Assembly: GCA_963738405.1 (NCBI GenBank)
Contig: CAVTWJ010000020.1
Coordinates: 64,453-128,452 of the forward strand
Reading direction: 5' to 3'
DNA from: a candidate division FCPU426 bacterium
Lineage (GTDB): Bacteria > Oederibacteriota > Muellerivitia > Muellerivitales > Muellerivitaceae
DNA: 64,000 nt
The notes beneath the pieces were generated by a model. That model did not search any database. It was given only the letters and a program-made list of their open reading frames with translations, and had not been told where the DNA came from. Positions 49,754 to 59,633 of the stretch are shown one piece after another. A program made the translations under genes and the position numbers. The stretch's first letter is position 1. Each line of letters starts with the position of its first letter.

Positions 49754-50923
49754 ATGAAACGCTTCTCCCGCAGCTTCCGCTATCTCGCCGCCGTCCTGCT
49801 GAGCTTCGCCGCCGGAACATCCCGCGCGGCGGAGGAGCAATTTCAATTGGGCTATGTGTTCGATACCTGGATCAGCAATTCGCTTTTCCACGGCACCGAG
49901 CACCGGATTCCCCTGGCCTACTATTTAACCGTGCCGAACCTGAGTCTTTCGCTCAATACGGCCTTCGTGGCGGGCGACTATGTGGAAGACGCCGACGCGA
50001 CGCAGGGCATCACGGGTTCGGAATACAAATCGAGCCAATTTTCAGATACCGGCTTGTCGGCCAACTGGACCCTTCCCTTGGGGCCGGGCGTGAAAAGCAA
50101 TTTCGCGGGAACCCTTAATTTCCCCACAGGGGACACCCACTGGGAAATCCAGCAACAAACCGGGTCTATCCCCTATGTTTTCGAGCCGACCTATTACCAC
50201 GGCCGGGGATGGGGTGGAAACCTCTTCTACAGCCTCTCCGCCTCCAACTCCGCCGCCGAATACGGCTTGGGGGCTGGCTATATGGCCACCAGCACCTATG
50301 ACACCGGCCTTTCCGCCGAGGGGCTGTTCAACCCCGGCGACACCGTCGCGGTATTTGGCACCATGGGCTTTCAAATGAGCGCTTCCGATGTTTGGGCCTT
50401 CCGTTTCGTGCGTACCTTTCCGCTGGAAGCCGTCTACGGCGACCCGGCGGAGGATTCCACCCAGGGCCAGGGCTCCATCGCGTCTTCCCAGTGGATCAGC
50501 CAGATGGGCCAGGACAAGCTGGTGATCAACGCCTCCTACAGCTTTTACAACAGCGGAAACGCCGCCAACACCTTGGCGCCCTACAATCTTTTACAGGACC
50601 CGGGGCCCTATTTCGGCGACAAAATCGAGGTGCATCCTATTTTGGGCTACACGATTGGGAAGGGAACGGTGATGGAAACGGGCCTGATCTGGGACCTGAT
50701 TCTCGCCAACGGTTATCCCGCTGTTTCCGGGGATGGGAATTATCAGGGCGGGGGCAACCTTTTCGGCGCGGAACAAAGCATCACCTTTCAGTTGGACGAG
50801 CGGACCTTTCTCAATTTCGCGGGCCTTTACCACTACATCGAAAACGACAACGCGGGAGTTAACGGGCAGACGATCACCTATCAGCTTTTCACTTTTGGAA
50901 CGAATGCGGGGTTCAAATGGTAA
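49754..50923 (+). CDS. Putative outer-membrane beta-barrel protein
   Basis: Signal peptide, amphipathic aromatic strands, 'LNFPTG' (transporter/MetA-like), C-terminus GTNAGFKW. Confidence 0.65.
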   Translation: MKRFSRSFRYLAAVLLSFAAGTSRAAEEQFQLGYVFDTWISNSLFHGTEHRIPLAYYLTVPNLSLSLNTAFVAGDYVEDADATQGITGSEYKSSQFSDTGLSANWTLPLGPGVKSNFAGTLNFPTGDTHWEIQQQTGSIPYVFEPTYYHGRGWGGNLFYSLSASNSAAEYGLGAGYMATSTYDTGLSAEGLFNPGDTVAVFGTMGFQMSASDVWAFRFVRTFPLEAVYGDPAEDSTQGQGSIASSQWISQMGQDKLVINASYSFYNSGNAANTLAPYNLLQDPGPYFGDKIEVHPILGYTIGKGTVMETGLIWDLILANGYPAVSGDGNYQGGGNLFGAEQSITFQLDERTFLNFAGLYHYIENDNAGVNGQTITYQLFTFGTNAGFKW

Positions 50924-51969
50924 AAAAATTATTCTGCGCGGCGCTGTTGGGCGGATTCCTCCTCGCGGGTTTTCAATGGGGATGCGGCAAAAGCGATAAC
51001 CCGGTGGTTCCGGCCAACTCGGCGGTTTTGCAATTATCCCTTCCCCCCGGCATCCTGAACGCCGCGGCTTCCAAGACCGTTAAAAAGGGCGCCAAGGACT
51101 CGATACCCAGCTCCGGCATGGGCATATTGGAATACAACCTGGTCACGGCCGGGGAGGCCCCGGTGACAGGCCAGATCCTCTACAACGACGGGTCCACGGT
51201 GGGAGACGTCATTTTGCCCCTTCCCAAGGCGGGCAAATGGGTGGTTTCGGCCGAATGGTTCGCGGTCGCGCCGTTTTCGGCGGGCGCGAGAAAAGGCGTG
51301 GCCTATATCAACCCCGGGCCTGGCATGGTCGCCACGGCTGAGTTCGCGGGCGCCGACATGGTGGATGTGCAGGGCACCACTTCCTTCACCCTGAACATGG
51401 AAGACATCGGCTACCAGGAATTTTCTTGTTATGAGGATAACGACATCACGGACCCGTTGGACGCGGACTATAACCTCGGCGGCGTCTCCTGGTATGATTT
51501 TTACACCTTCGATTCCGGGGTTGAATCGGCTTCCGTGTCGGGAAGCACGGGGGATGTGGAAGCTTCTTACGATACCACCACAGCCTCCACCTACTTTACG
51601 GCCCCATCGCCGCCCGCCGCTTTTTACATTCCGCCCCCCAACAACTACGCCTATTTGGGCAACGGCGACTTCGTGAATTTCCCCGTGATTTCCGACAAGG
51701 CGTCTTTCTTTGCCAGCACCCTCCAGGCCAAGGCGGCGGTGTTGGGTTCGGCCGGCTCCACGGTCGTCGGCGGCGACATCTTCGCGGTGAAGGTCCCCTC
51801 CACCGGGGGAATGGCCTGGGTTCAATTCGGCGCGCCGAATGTGGGGTTCCCTTTGACGAACGGAAGTTCGTTTAATACCTTTCAATACATCTACAACAAA
51901 ACGGGTTTGCCCTACATGAAGTTCGATGAAACCACCAACGGCCGGGCCAACTGCAACCTGAACCCCTAG
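50917..51969 (+). CDS. Lipoprotein of unknown function (C-terminal half weakly HmuY-like)
   Basis: Lipobox-like FQWGC; overlaps the upstream barrel gene. Confidence 0.65.
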   Translation: MVKKLFCAALLGGFLLAGFQWGCGKSDNPVVPANSAVLQLSLPPGILNAAASKTVKKGAKDSIPSSGMGILEYNLVTAGEAPVTGQILYNDGSTVGDVILPLPKAGKWVVSAEWFAVAPFSAGARKGVAYINPGPGMVATAEFAGADMVDVQGTTSFTLNMEDIGYQEFSCYEDNDITDPLDADYNLGGVSWYDFYTFDSGVESASVSGSTGDVEASYDTTTASTYFTAPSPPAAFYIPPPNNYAYLGNGDFVNFPVISDKASFFASTLQAKAAVLGSAGSTVVGGDIFAVKVPSTGGMAWVQFGAPNVGFPLTNGSSFNTFQYIYNKTGLPYMKFDETTNGRANCNLNP

Positions 51970-52045
51970 GTCTGGACTTCAAGTACAGACCTGCGATTTG
52001 GGTGTGCCGATTCCATAGGGAATCGGTCCCCTAGGTCAGGGCCTC

Positions 52046-52081
52046 AAGCCCGGTTCCCGATTGGGACCGGGCTTTTTTTTT
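52046..52081 (+). terminator. Intrinsic terminator between convergent genes
   Basis: AAGCCCGGT(T)CCC-GATT-GGGACCGGGCTT followed by a T-tract. Confidence 0.8.
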
Positions 52082-52946
52082 AGAAACCCATCTCCACCGA
52101 TAGCCCGGCATCGACGCCGGAATAATCCAGCGTGGCGTAACGGAAGGTGCCGGGGTTTGAATCAATGGCCCCATTAGGAACCGGAACAATCAAGTTGTAT
52201 CCCGCGCCCGTGTTAAAGACCGCCAGCGAATAGGGTCCTTCCGTTTTTAAATCCTCGTAATAACCCGATAGGCCGGAGGCTTGGATTTTCGAGAAGCTCG
52301 CGTAACGCCCCCGCGCGAACAGGTTCAAGGCGAAGGAGGGGGCGATTTGCACCTGCTCGGAAATTCCAACCGTTCCCCCGGCCGTATCCCCTGTTAAGGC
52401 TCCATTGATGGCGACTCCCTGTTGGGCGGGGTTGGTATAGGTCACGTTGTCGGTGTAATCCACAATGGCGTGGTAATAGCCCGCGCCGATGGAAAGGGTG
52501 GTGCGGTTTCCAGGGCCCTTGAGGACATCGAAGGCATAGACCAGTGAAAGGTCCGTCAGGTTGGGGCCGATGAGCTGGTAGGCGGAACTGCTGGAGCCGG
52601 TTTGGGAAAAGGTATTGGCCTGTGAGGATATGACCTCGAAATTCACCGATAGTTCGCTGGAATCATCCAGCCTTTTTCCGAACGAGGCCCCCATGAGGAT
52701 GCCGCTGTTGTCGGTGCTGACTCCCACGGTGGAACCCAGGCTTAGGTAATAGGTACCCGTGGATTTGGTGTTTTGGATCACGTCGCCCAGGAGCGAATAA
52801 TCGTAGCCCCCGTAAAGGCGGATGAAGCTGTTGCCGTCGGAGAAGAGATCGGCCGAGAGGGCGGTATCGGAAGGCCGGGCGAACCCCGAAACAGGAAGCA
52901 GGAGGGCTAAGAAACCCCAGGCGAATAACGTCGAAATCTTTTTCAT
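52080..52946 (-). CDS. Outer-membrane beta-barrel protein (8-stranded OmpA/OmpW-like with long loops)
   Basis: Signal peptide, 'LSIGAGYY', C-terminal 'LDYSGVDAGLSVEMGF'. Confidence 0.7.
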   Translation of the reverse strand: MKKISTLFAWGFLALLLPVSGFARPSDTALSADLFSDGNSFIRLYGGYDYSLLGDVIQNTKSTGTYYLSLGSTVGVSTDNSGILMGASFGKRLDDSSELSVNFEVISSQANTFSQTGSSSSAYQLIGPNLTDLSLVYAFDVLKGPGNRTTLSIGAGYYHAIVDYTDNVTYTNPAQQGVAINGALTGDTAGGTVGISEQVQIAPSFALNLFARGRYASFSKIQASGLSGYYEDLKTEGPYSLAVFNTGAGYNLIVPVPNGAIDSNPGTFRYATLDYSGVDAGLSVEMGF

Positions 52947-53181
52947 TTTTTTCTCCCCCGAAATATTGATAGCCGCCGACAGGATGGGGGAGGAACTGGG
53001 GAAAAATAAAGAGGCGGCGAGAGGGGGAAGGGTACACCGTTTAACGGTGGAGGCGTTGGGCCAAGCGGTTAAGTATAGGATAGTAGTTCACGGCGAGGGG
53101 CTGGTAGCTCTGCGGGAGAACAAATGATCCACCGCCCACCCGCGTCACAGGATTATGTGGTTTAATCCTTGAAAGGAAGAT

Positions 53182-53946
53182 ATGAGCGACGGACTGATTT
53201 ACCCCCCTATCGACAAAGAACCGCCTAAGAAACCCGCCCAGGTTCCGCCCAAACAGGCCGGGAAAAGGCTGGGCCTTTGGGGCATGCTGGCCCTGCTTTT
53301 CGCCTAATTCAAATTTCTGCTTTTGGGCCTGCTCAAGCTCAAGACCCTGCTTTCCATGCTTTTGTTCTTCGGGGTTTACTGGAACCAGTGGGGCTGGCCC
53401 TTCGCTCTGGGGTTTGTGCTTTCGATCTACATCCACGAAATGGGACACGTGTCGGCCCTGAAGCATTACGGCATCGAGGCCTCGGCGCCCCTTTTTATCC
53501 CCTTCGTCGGCGCCCTGATCCGGATCAAGCAGGCCATGCCCAACCCCATCCAGGACGCGCGGGTGGGATTGGCGGGACCCTTCTGGGGCCTGGGAGCGGC
53601 GGTGGTTTCTTTCGGCCTTTACTATTACACCCGCCAGGAAATATTTCTCGCCATCGGCCACACCGGGGCCTGGATCAACCTGTTCAACCTGATGCCCTTT
53701 TGGCAATTGGACGGGGGCCGGGGCATGAAATCCATGGACCGCACCCAGCGCTACCTGGCCATCGCGGCCATCGGTCTGGCGCTTTATTTTTCTCAAGTCC
53801 TTCTGCTGTTCTTTCTCTTGGGCTTCGCCCTTTTCCAGGCCCTACGAAAAGAAGTGCCGGATGAACCCGATTGGACGGGCCTGGCCCAATATGCTTTTCT
53901 GGTGCTGGCCCTATCGGCGCTTTGTATGATCCCTTCCGGCGCCTGA
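53182..53946 (+). pseudogene. M50 (site-2) family zinc metalloprotease interrupted by in-frame TAA at 53305-53307
   Basis: SD AAGGA plus ATG 53182 is in frame with HEMGH, AGP and NLFNLMPFWQLDGGR; codon 42 is TAA. Confidence 0.75.
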
Positions 53947-54022
53947 CCCTAAAGAAAACTATCTATTTCATCGAATTACCACTAACGTGGAGTCGTTTTT
54001 AATAAAACCCAAAGGAAATCCC

Positions 54023-54274
54023 GTGAACGATACGCTGAATACCCCGCAAAATATCCCGGCCGAAGCGCCGGTTGAGAAGGCCCCGGAAGCTGCCGCCGCC
54101 CCAGAAGCGCCCGTTGCCCCGGCTGCTGCCGCCACTGCCGTGCCGGCCGTCGCCGTGAAGATGGAAATCCCCGTCACCAAGGGAACCACGCCCGGAGGGT
54201 GGAACCGGTTTGCCGGTTATAACCGCAACGACGCCAAAAACAACAAGACCAAGGGCCCCTCGAAAAGGTTCTAG
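54023..54274 (+). CDS. Small Ala/Pro-rich protein with basic C-terminus
   Basis: SD AAAGGA plus GTG 54023; codon usage resembles the highly expressed genes. Confidence 0.55.
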   Translation: MNDTLNTPQNIPAEAPVEKAPEAAAAPEAPVAPAAAATAVPAVAVKMEIPVTKGTTPGGWNRFAGYNRNDAKNNKTKGPSKRF

Positions 54275-54343
54275 AGAGCGCCCCAAAGCATTAAGTGTCC
54301 TGATGGTGGGGGAAACCCATTCAAGAATCTCCTTCTAAACCCT

Positions 54344-54349
54344 TATAAT
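54344..54349 (+). promoter_or_regulatory. -10 box of a probable leaderless promoter
   Basis: TATAAT lies 6 nt upstream of ATG 54356; no SD. Confidence 0.55.
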
Positions 54350-54355
54350 GCCGCC

Positions 54356-56707
54356 ATGAATTGGATTTCCTCACCCCTTCTCAAGCGGGTTTTACTGACC
54401 GCTTGGGCATTCGCTTTCTGCCACCCCCTTCACGCCCAAACCCCCGCCCCCACGCCCATGACGATCGGCGAAGCGGACGGCAAAATCCGCATTGACGGCC
54501 ATTTGGAAGACTGGCCTCCGGCGCGGATGTTTCATCTCTACCAGAAAAACCAGGTCACCTCGGGGGCGCCCTTTTGGAAGGATGACGACAGCTTCAGCGG
54601 GCGGATATTCCTCACCTACGACGCGCAATTTCTTTATCTCTCCGCGGTGGTCACCAAGGTCAATCCGGTCGTCAATGAGGGGTCCAAACTTTCCCTTTTA
54701 AACGGCGACTGCGTGGAACTGCTCCTTTCCACGGGGCAGAACAGCGCGCGCCGAAACCGGCTGTCGAGGGGGGACTATCATTTGGGCTTTTCCCCGGGCA
54801 CCGACTGCAAATACCCCTCCCTCTATTGCTTCAATTTGGACCGTGAAATCACCGGCGCCCGGGTGGTAGCCCGCAAGGACCCGCGAGGCTATGTGCTGGA
54901 GGCGGCGGTGCCCCTTTCTTTTTTAGAGGGCCTCGACCTGGGCCAGGGTCAAAAGGCCCTGGTGGATGTGGTGCTGGATGAGGGAGGGTCTTTAAGCGGA
55001 AACCGCATCGTGCGCATGGACTACGCCTTGGATGATTTTTCCGCCAGCCATCCGGGGCGGTGGGCCGAAATTCAATGGACCGGAACGGATAAAGCGTCCA
55101 TCCCTTTTTCCGAATCGGGCGACCTGAATTCCGACCTGGTGGCCGACGGCACGGCGGGCGACACCTTTAGGGGTTTGCGGCCCGTGAAGGGTTGGGTGCT
55201 GGATGAAAAGGGAAAGCCTTTATCCGATGCCACGGTTTCGACCTGGCCCCGGACCCAAGAAATTAAGACCGCCGCGGACGGTTCTTTCGCGTTTGACGCC
55301 GTCAAGATTTACGACCGAACCCTTCTTTACGCCCGCGAGGATGGTTTTTTAACCAGTCTTTCGCCCTATACCCAATCGGCCCCGATCACGGTGCGGCTTA
55401 AGCCCCTGCCGGAGGAACTGATTCCCGAATCGGGGGAAGTGAGTCCCTCTTTTTTCGGGCTCAATGTAAAAGTACCGGCGGGGGGGATGGCTGCCCCGCC
55501 CGCTGACCCAACGGACGCGGTGAGCAAGCTGTCCTTGAAATTTCTCGATCTCTCCGGTCTCGACCCGAATAGCCAAACCCTGAGGGAGATGGAAAAAACC
55601 ATCGGCGTCTTTACCGCCTATTGTTCCCGGTTAGGCTGCACCCCTCTTGTGCGGCTTCCCCTGCCCTTCACGAGCGCGGACACAGCGGCGGCCTTGGTTT
55701 CTGGGGCCAAGGGTATGGAATATTGGGCCCTGGGGGATGAGCCGGATCGATTGGAAGGGATCAACGACGACCCCGCCCAGTCGCCCTTCAACGTCTACCG
55801 CTACATCAACGAGTTTCGGGCCGACTACAACGCCATGAAGCTGGTGAATCCCGGGATCGTGATCTTGGGCCCCGAATTGTCCGAAAAATACACCCACGCC
55901 GAGAACGATTGGCTGACTCCCTTTTTGCGTTATGACGGGGATATCGTCAACCTGGTCTCCATTCACCGTTATGCCGTGGCGGATATTTCCAAGGCGGATG
56001 ACAAGGCGGTGATGAAGGCTTTGCGGGATGAACCGGCCTTGATCAGAGGTTTGGAAGACAAGGTGGATGTGAATACCGACGTGACGGTGCCCCTGGTGGT
56101 GACGGGGGGAAATGTCTTTCCAGCTTCCGCGACGATACAAACCTTGATAACCCCGACGCCTGCCTCTTCGGCTCCCGCCACCGCTACCTTGACCCCCACG
56201 CCTGTCGTTTATCCCACCGCTATCTGGCCTGCCCTTTGGGCTGCGGAAGAAACAGGCCTGTTACTGTCGGCGGGAATTCCCATGGAAAATTTATCCGCCC
56301 TCTCGGGCCAGGGAAGCTTGGATGCCATGGTTTCGGGGGCGCCCCAGCCCCTCTATTGGGTGTTGGAAATGCTGGCCCCCTATTTGAAGGGAAAGGTTCT
56401 TTCGGCCCAAACCCACCTGTCGGACCTTTATGTTTTCGCTATCGAGGAAGAGGATCGAAAAACGGTGCATTTGATTTTGGTCAATACGGGAAACCGCTAT
56501 GTCCACCCTCGGATCAGCTTCAACGGCGCTGATGATGATGTGAGCGTTGTTTCGGACCTGTCCCTTGAGGCCGATTTGGAAGTTCCGGAGATGGGCTTGG
56601 CCCGCCTAACCCTGAGGGCCGATGGAAAACCCGGTGAATCGGAGGTTTATTTCTATAAATCGGCCCTGTCGGGGTCGGCCCCAATTCTCAACAAGGTCCA
56701 TCCCTAG
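54356..56707 (+). CDS. Secreted CBM9-like + CarboxypepD_reg-like + degenerate clan GH-A domain protein
   Basis: 'IDGHLEDW...YDAQFLYL...GDCVEL', 'ALGDEPD', 'VSIHRY' and 'LVVTGGN'. Architecture parallels 34756..37647. Confidence 0.75.
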   Translation: MNWISSPLLKRVLLTAWAFAFCHPLHAQTPAPTPMTIGEADGKIRIDGHLEDWPPARMFHLYQKNQVTSGAPFWKDDDSFSGRIFLTYDAQFLYLSAVVTKVNPVVNEGSKLSLLNGDCVELLLSTGQNSARRNRLSRGDYHLGFSPGTDCKYPSLYCFNLDREITGARVVARKDPRGYVLEAAVPLSFLEGLDLGQGQKALVDVVLDEGGSLSGNRIVRMDYALDDFSASHPGRWAEIQWTGTDKASIPFSESGDLNSDLVADGTAGDTFRGLRPVKGWVLDEKGKPLSDATVSTWPRTQEIKTAADGSFAFDAVKIYDRTLLYAREDGFLTSLSPYTQSAPITVRLKPLPEELIPESGEVSPSFFGLNVKVPAGGMAAPPADPTDAVSKLSLKFLDLSGLDPNSQTLREMEKTIGVFTAYCSRLGCTPLVRLPLPFTSADTAAALVSGAKGMEYWALGDEPDRLEGINDDPAQSPFNVYRYINEFRADYNAMKLVNPGIVILGPELSEKYTHAENDWLTPFLRYDGDIVNLVSIHRYAVADISKADDKAVMKALRDEPALIRGLEDKVDVNTDVTVPLVVTGGNVFPASATIQTLITPTPASSAPATATLTPTPVVYPTAIWPALWAAEETGLLLSAGIPMENLSALSGQGSLDAMVSGAPQPLYWVLEMLAPYLKGKVLSAQTHLSDLYVFAIEEEDRKTVHLILVNTGNRYVHPRISFNGADDDVSVVSDLSLEADLEVPEMGLARLTLRADGKPGESEVYFYKSALSGSAPILNKVHP

Positions 56708-56811
56708 GCCATAATTTACCGGGAGGATGTTTGATGGATTCCTGGGCGCGGGTTATGATCTACCTGTAAAGAGGTTGGCAATTAATTTCGAACTTTTCGG
56801 GAGCGCTTCTC

Positions 56812-57219
56812 ATGAGTGAAGAAAAGTCCTTAACCGAGGCGGAAAAGCAAATCCGGCGCCTGGAACAGCTGAGGCTTTCGAAAGAAAAGGATTCCAAGGT
56901 CTCCGCTGAAAAAACCTTTTTTCATGAAAAAACGGAAGTGCAGCGCACCACCGACCGGCTCACGGCCATGAAGAAAAAGGCCGCCCAAGGCAACGGTCGC
57001 AAACGCGTGAAGTTTGAGGGCAAGCGTAAAAGCGCCAAGCTAACATTGCTTCAATTGAAAGCCCTGGAGGAGATCCAAAACAAGGACCCCCAGATCTCCG
57101 CCAGCTACCTGATGCGCATCGCCTTGAACCACCTTTTGGAAATCGAGAACTCGGCTGAGGAAAATGAAATCGAAGCCAAGGCCCTTGAGATTTTGCGCCA
57201 GCTTAAAAGCCGGTCTTGA
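56812..57219 (+). CDS. Small protein, N-terminal coiled coil + ribbon-helix-helix-like C-terminus
   Basis: 'RKSAKLTLLQLKALEEI...ISASYLMRIALNHLL' fits the RHH pattern. Confidence 0.55.
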   Translation: MSEEKSLTEAEKQIRRLEQLRLSKEKDSKVSAEKTFFHEKTEVQRTTDRLTAMKKKAAQGNGRKRVKFEGKRKSAKLTLLQLKALEEIQNKDPQISASYLMRIALNHLLEIENSAEENEIEAKALEILRQLKSRS

Positions 57220-57280
57220 AAAGCCCCAACGTTTAATAGAATATCGTTCTTGTGAAAGAATACCTTGAAAGAGGTTTGTT

Positions 57281-57481
57281 TTGAAATTGCATGTCAACGG
57301 GGAAACTCGTGATGTTACCGACGGCTTGGGGTTGGAAGAACTGATCCGCCAACTGGGCATCAAAAAAGTGGCTGTGGTGGCCGAAGTGAACCGCCGGGTC
57401 ATCTCGCCTTCCGACCGGGAAGGCCTGAAATTGGCCGAAGGCGACCAGATTGAATTGATTACATTTGTCGGGGGGGGATAG
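57281..57481 (+). CDS. thiS: Sulfur carrier protein ThiS
   Basis: [21 protein letters not shown]. Confidence 0.93.
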   Translation: MKLHVNGETRDVTDGLGLEELIRQLGIKKVAVVAEVNRRVISPSDREGLKLAEGDQIELITFVGGG

Positions 57482-57509
57482 GTTGGCCCAATCATTGGAA
57501 CAAATCAAA

Positions 57510-58277
57510 ATGAAAGATTCCTGGATCATCAACGGCAAAACCTTCACCTCCCGATTACTGGTGGGAACCGGCAAATACGCCACGAACGAGCTGATGGCTG
57601 ATTGTCTGGAGGCGTCCGGAACCCAGATCGTGACCGTGGCATTGCGCCGGATTCCGCTGGATAAGAAGGATGAGAAAAACCTTCTCGATTTCATCGACCT
57701 CAAAAAATACACCCTGCTTCCCAACACTGCCGGATGTTACAACACCGAAGAGGCGGTCCGGATCGCCCACCTTTCCCGCGCCGCCGGGCTTTCGGATTTT
57801 GTGAAACTGGAAGTTTTATTCGACGAGAAAACCCTATTGCCCGACCCGATCGCGACCCTGGAAGCCACCCACATTTTGGTCAAGGAAGGCTTTACGGTGA
57901 TGTGCTACACCTCGGATGACCCGGTGATGGCCCAAAAGCTGGAACAGGCCGGGGCCCACGCGGTGATGCCAGCCGGTTCGCCCATTGGCTCGGGGCAGGG
58001 GGTGCTGAACCCCAATAACATCCGCATCATTCTTGAGAAGCTTAAATGCCCGGTCTTGATTGACGCCGGGGTGGGTTCGGCCTCTGACGTGGCGGTGGCC
58101 ATGGAACTGGGGGTCGAGGCGGTGCTTTTGAATACCGCCATTGCCCACGCGAAGGACCCACTGAAGATGGCCCATGCCATGCGGGGCGCCACCGAGGCGG
58201 GAAGGTTGTCTTACCAGGCGGGGCGCATTCCTAAAAAGTTGTACGCCCAGGCTTCCACCCCCGAAAAGGATTTTTAA
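57510..58277 (+). CDS. thiG: Thiazole synthase
   Basis: [34 protein letters not shown]. Confidence 0.97.
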   Translation: MKDSWIINGKTFTSRLLVGTGKYATNELMADCLEASGTQIVTVALRRIPLDKKDEKNLLDFIDLKKYTLLPNTAGCYNTEEAVRIAHLSRAAGLSDFVKLEVLFDEKTLLPDPIATLEATHILVKEGFTVMCYTSDDPVMAQKLEQAGAHAVMPAGSPIGSGQGVLNPNNIRIILEKLKCPVLIDAGVGSASDVAVAMELGVEAVLLNTAIAHAKDPLKMAHAMRGATEAGRLSYQAGRIPKKLYAQASTPEKDF

Positions 58278-58284
58278 CCCCGCC

Positions 58285-58944
58285 ATGCCTCTTCCGCACA
58301 GCCTCCAAGAAAAACTGAATTCCGCCCGGCTTTACCTGGTGACGAGCCCAGGGAAACCAGGGGGAAGACCCTTTTTAACGACCGTGGAAGAGGCCCTCAA
58401 GGGAGGGGTCGATATCGTTCAGTTGAGGGAATACGGCATCACGGATTCCGCTTTTTTTGAGACGGCCTGCCGGTTGCGCAATCTGACCCAAAAATACAAC
58501 GCACTTTTCATCGTGAACAACCGGGCGGACATCGCCTATTTGACCGGCGCCGACGGGGTGCATGTGGGGCAGGATGATTTGCCGGTTTTCGCGGCACGGG
58601 AGATTGTGGGGGAGGGAAGAATCGTAGGTCTTTCGACCCATTCGCTCGTGGAGGCCCGGAGGGCCGTTGCCGAGGGCGCCAATTACATCGGTGTGGGACC
58701 TGTTTTCGCGACTCCCACAAAAGAAGGCGCTCTTGCGGTAGGCTTATCCTATGTGACCCATGCGGCGGAGATGAACCTGCCCTTTCCCTTTTTCGCGATT
58801 GGGGGTATTGACGCGGGAAACCTGGAATCGGTGATTCAAGCCGGGGCCGGAAGGGTTTCGGTGGTGCGGGCCTTGATGGACGCCAAAGATCCCCAGGCCG
58901 CGGCAAAAAGCCTGAGGGACGCCCTTAAAACCAAAGTTTTGTGA
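58285..58944 (+). CDS. thiE: Thiamine-phosphate synthase
   Basis: LYLVT, VQLRE, GVHVGQDD, GLSTHS, FAIGGI. Confidence 0.95.
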   Translation: MPLPHSLQEKLNSARLYLVTSPGKPGGRPFLTTVEEALKGGVDIVQLREYGITDSAFFETACRLRNLTQKYNALFIVNNRADIAYLTGADGVHVGQDDLPVFAAREIVGEGRIVGLSTHSLVEARRAVAEGANYIGVGPVFATPTKEGALAVGLSYVTHAAEMNLPFPFFAIGGIDAGNLESVIQAGAGRVSVVRALMDAKDPQAAAKSLRDALKTKVL

Positions 58945-59016
58945 ATTGGCCCCTTGAGTTCATTAAAATCCAAACCTTATAATTTTACATAGAGTTGATA
59001 CAAGGAAAGTGAGCCG

Positions 59017-59544
59017 ATGGTCCGCCCAATCGTTCTTTATCCCAATCCCATCTTGAAACGCAAGAGCAATCCGATAACCCAATTCGACGCTGAATTGAAG
59101 GCCCTGGCTGGGGAAATGACTGAGACCATGCGCGATGCTAACGGTGTGGGGTTGGCGGCTATCCAAGTCGGGGAAGCCATCCGCATGATGGTGATGGACG
59201 AAAACTATGACCAGGAAGAGAAGGGGGATTCCATCGCCCTCATCAACCCGGAGGTTCTGGAAGAAGACGGAACCGACTTATCCGAAGAAGGCTGTCTTTC
59301 CATCCCCGATGTGAGGGAAGAGGTGGAGCGAGCCCTGAAGGTGAAGGTGAAATTTAAGAACCTGGAAGGACAAGAAGAAACCCGCGAGTACGAGGGACTC
59401 TTGGCACGTTGTGTTTTGCACGAGATCGACCATATGAACGGCCAGCTCTTTATCCAAAAGATTCCTGCCGTGAAGAGGCTCTTTCACCAGAAACAACTCC
59501 ACCAGCTGAAGAAAAATTACGAGGAAGCGCCGGTCCGTTTATAA
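59017..59544 (+). CDS. def: Peptide deformylase
   Basis: GVGLAAIQVG, EGCLS, HEIDH. Confidence 0.97.
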   Translation: MVRPIVLYPNPILKRKSNPITQFDAELKALAGEMTETMRDANGVGLAAIQVGEAIRMMVMDENYDQEEKGDSIALINPEVLEEDGTDLSEEGCLSIPDVREEVERALKVKVKFKNLEGQEETREYEGLLARCVLHEIDHMNGQLFIQKIPAVKRLFHQKQLHQLKKNYEEAPVRL

Positions 59545-59633
59545 CCCTCTTCCGTTGAGATTCCCGCGTTATTGGTCTCGAATTCCCTTATAATTTCCCC
59601 ACCTAGCGAAGCACATTCAAAGTTGCCATCGGA

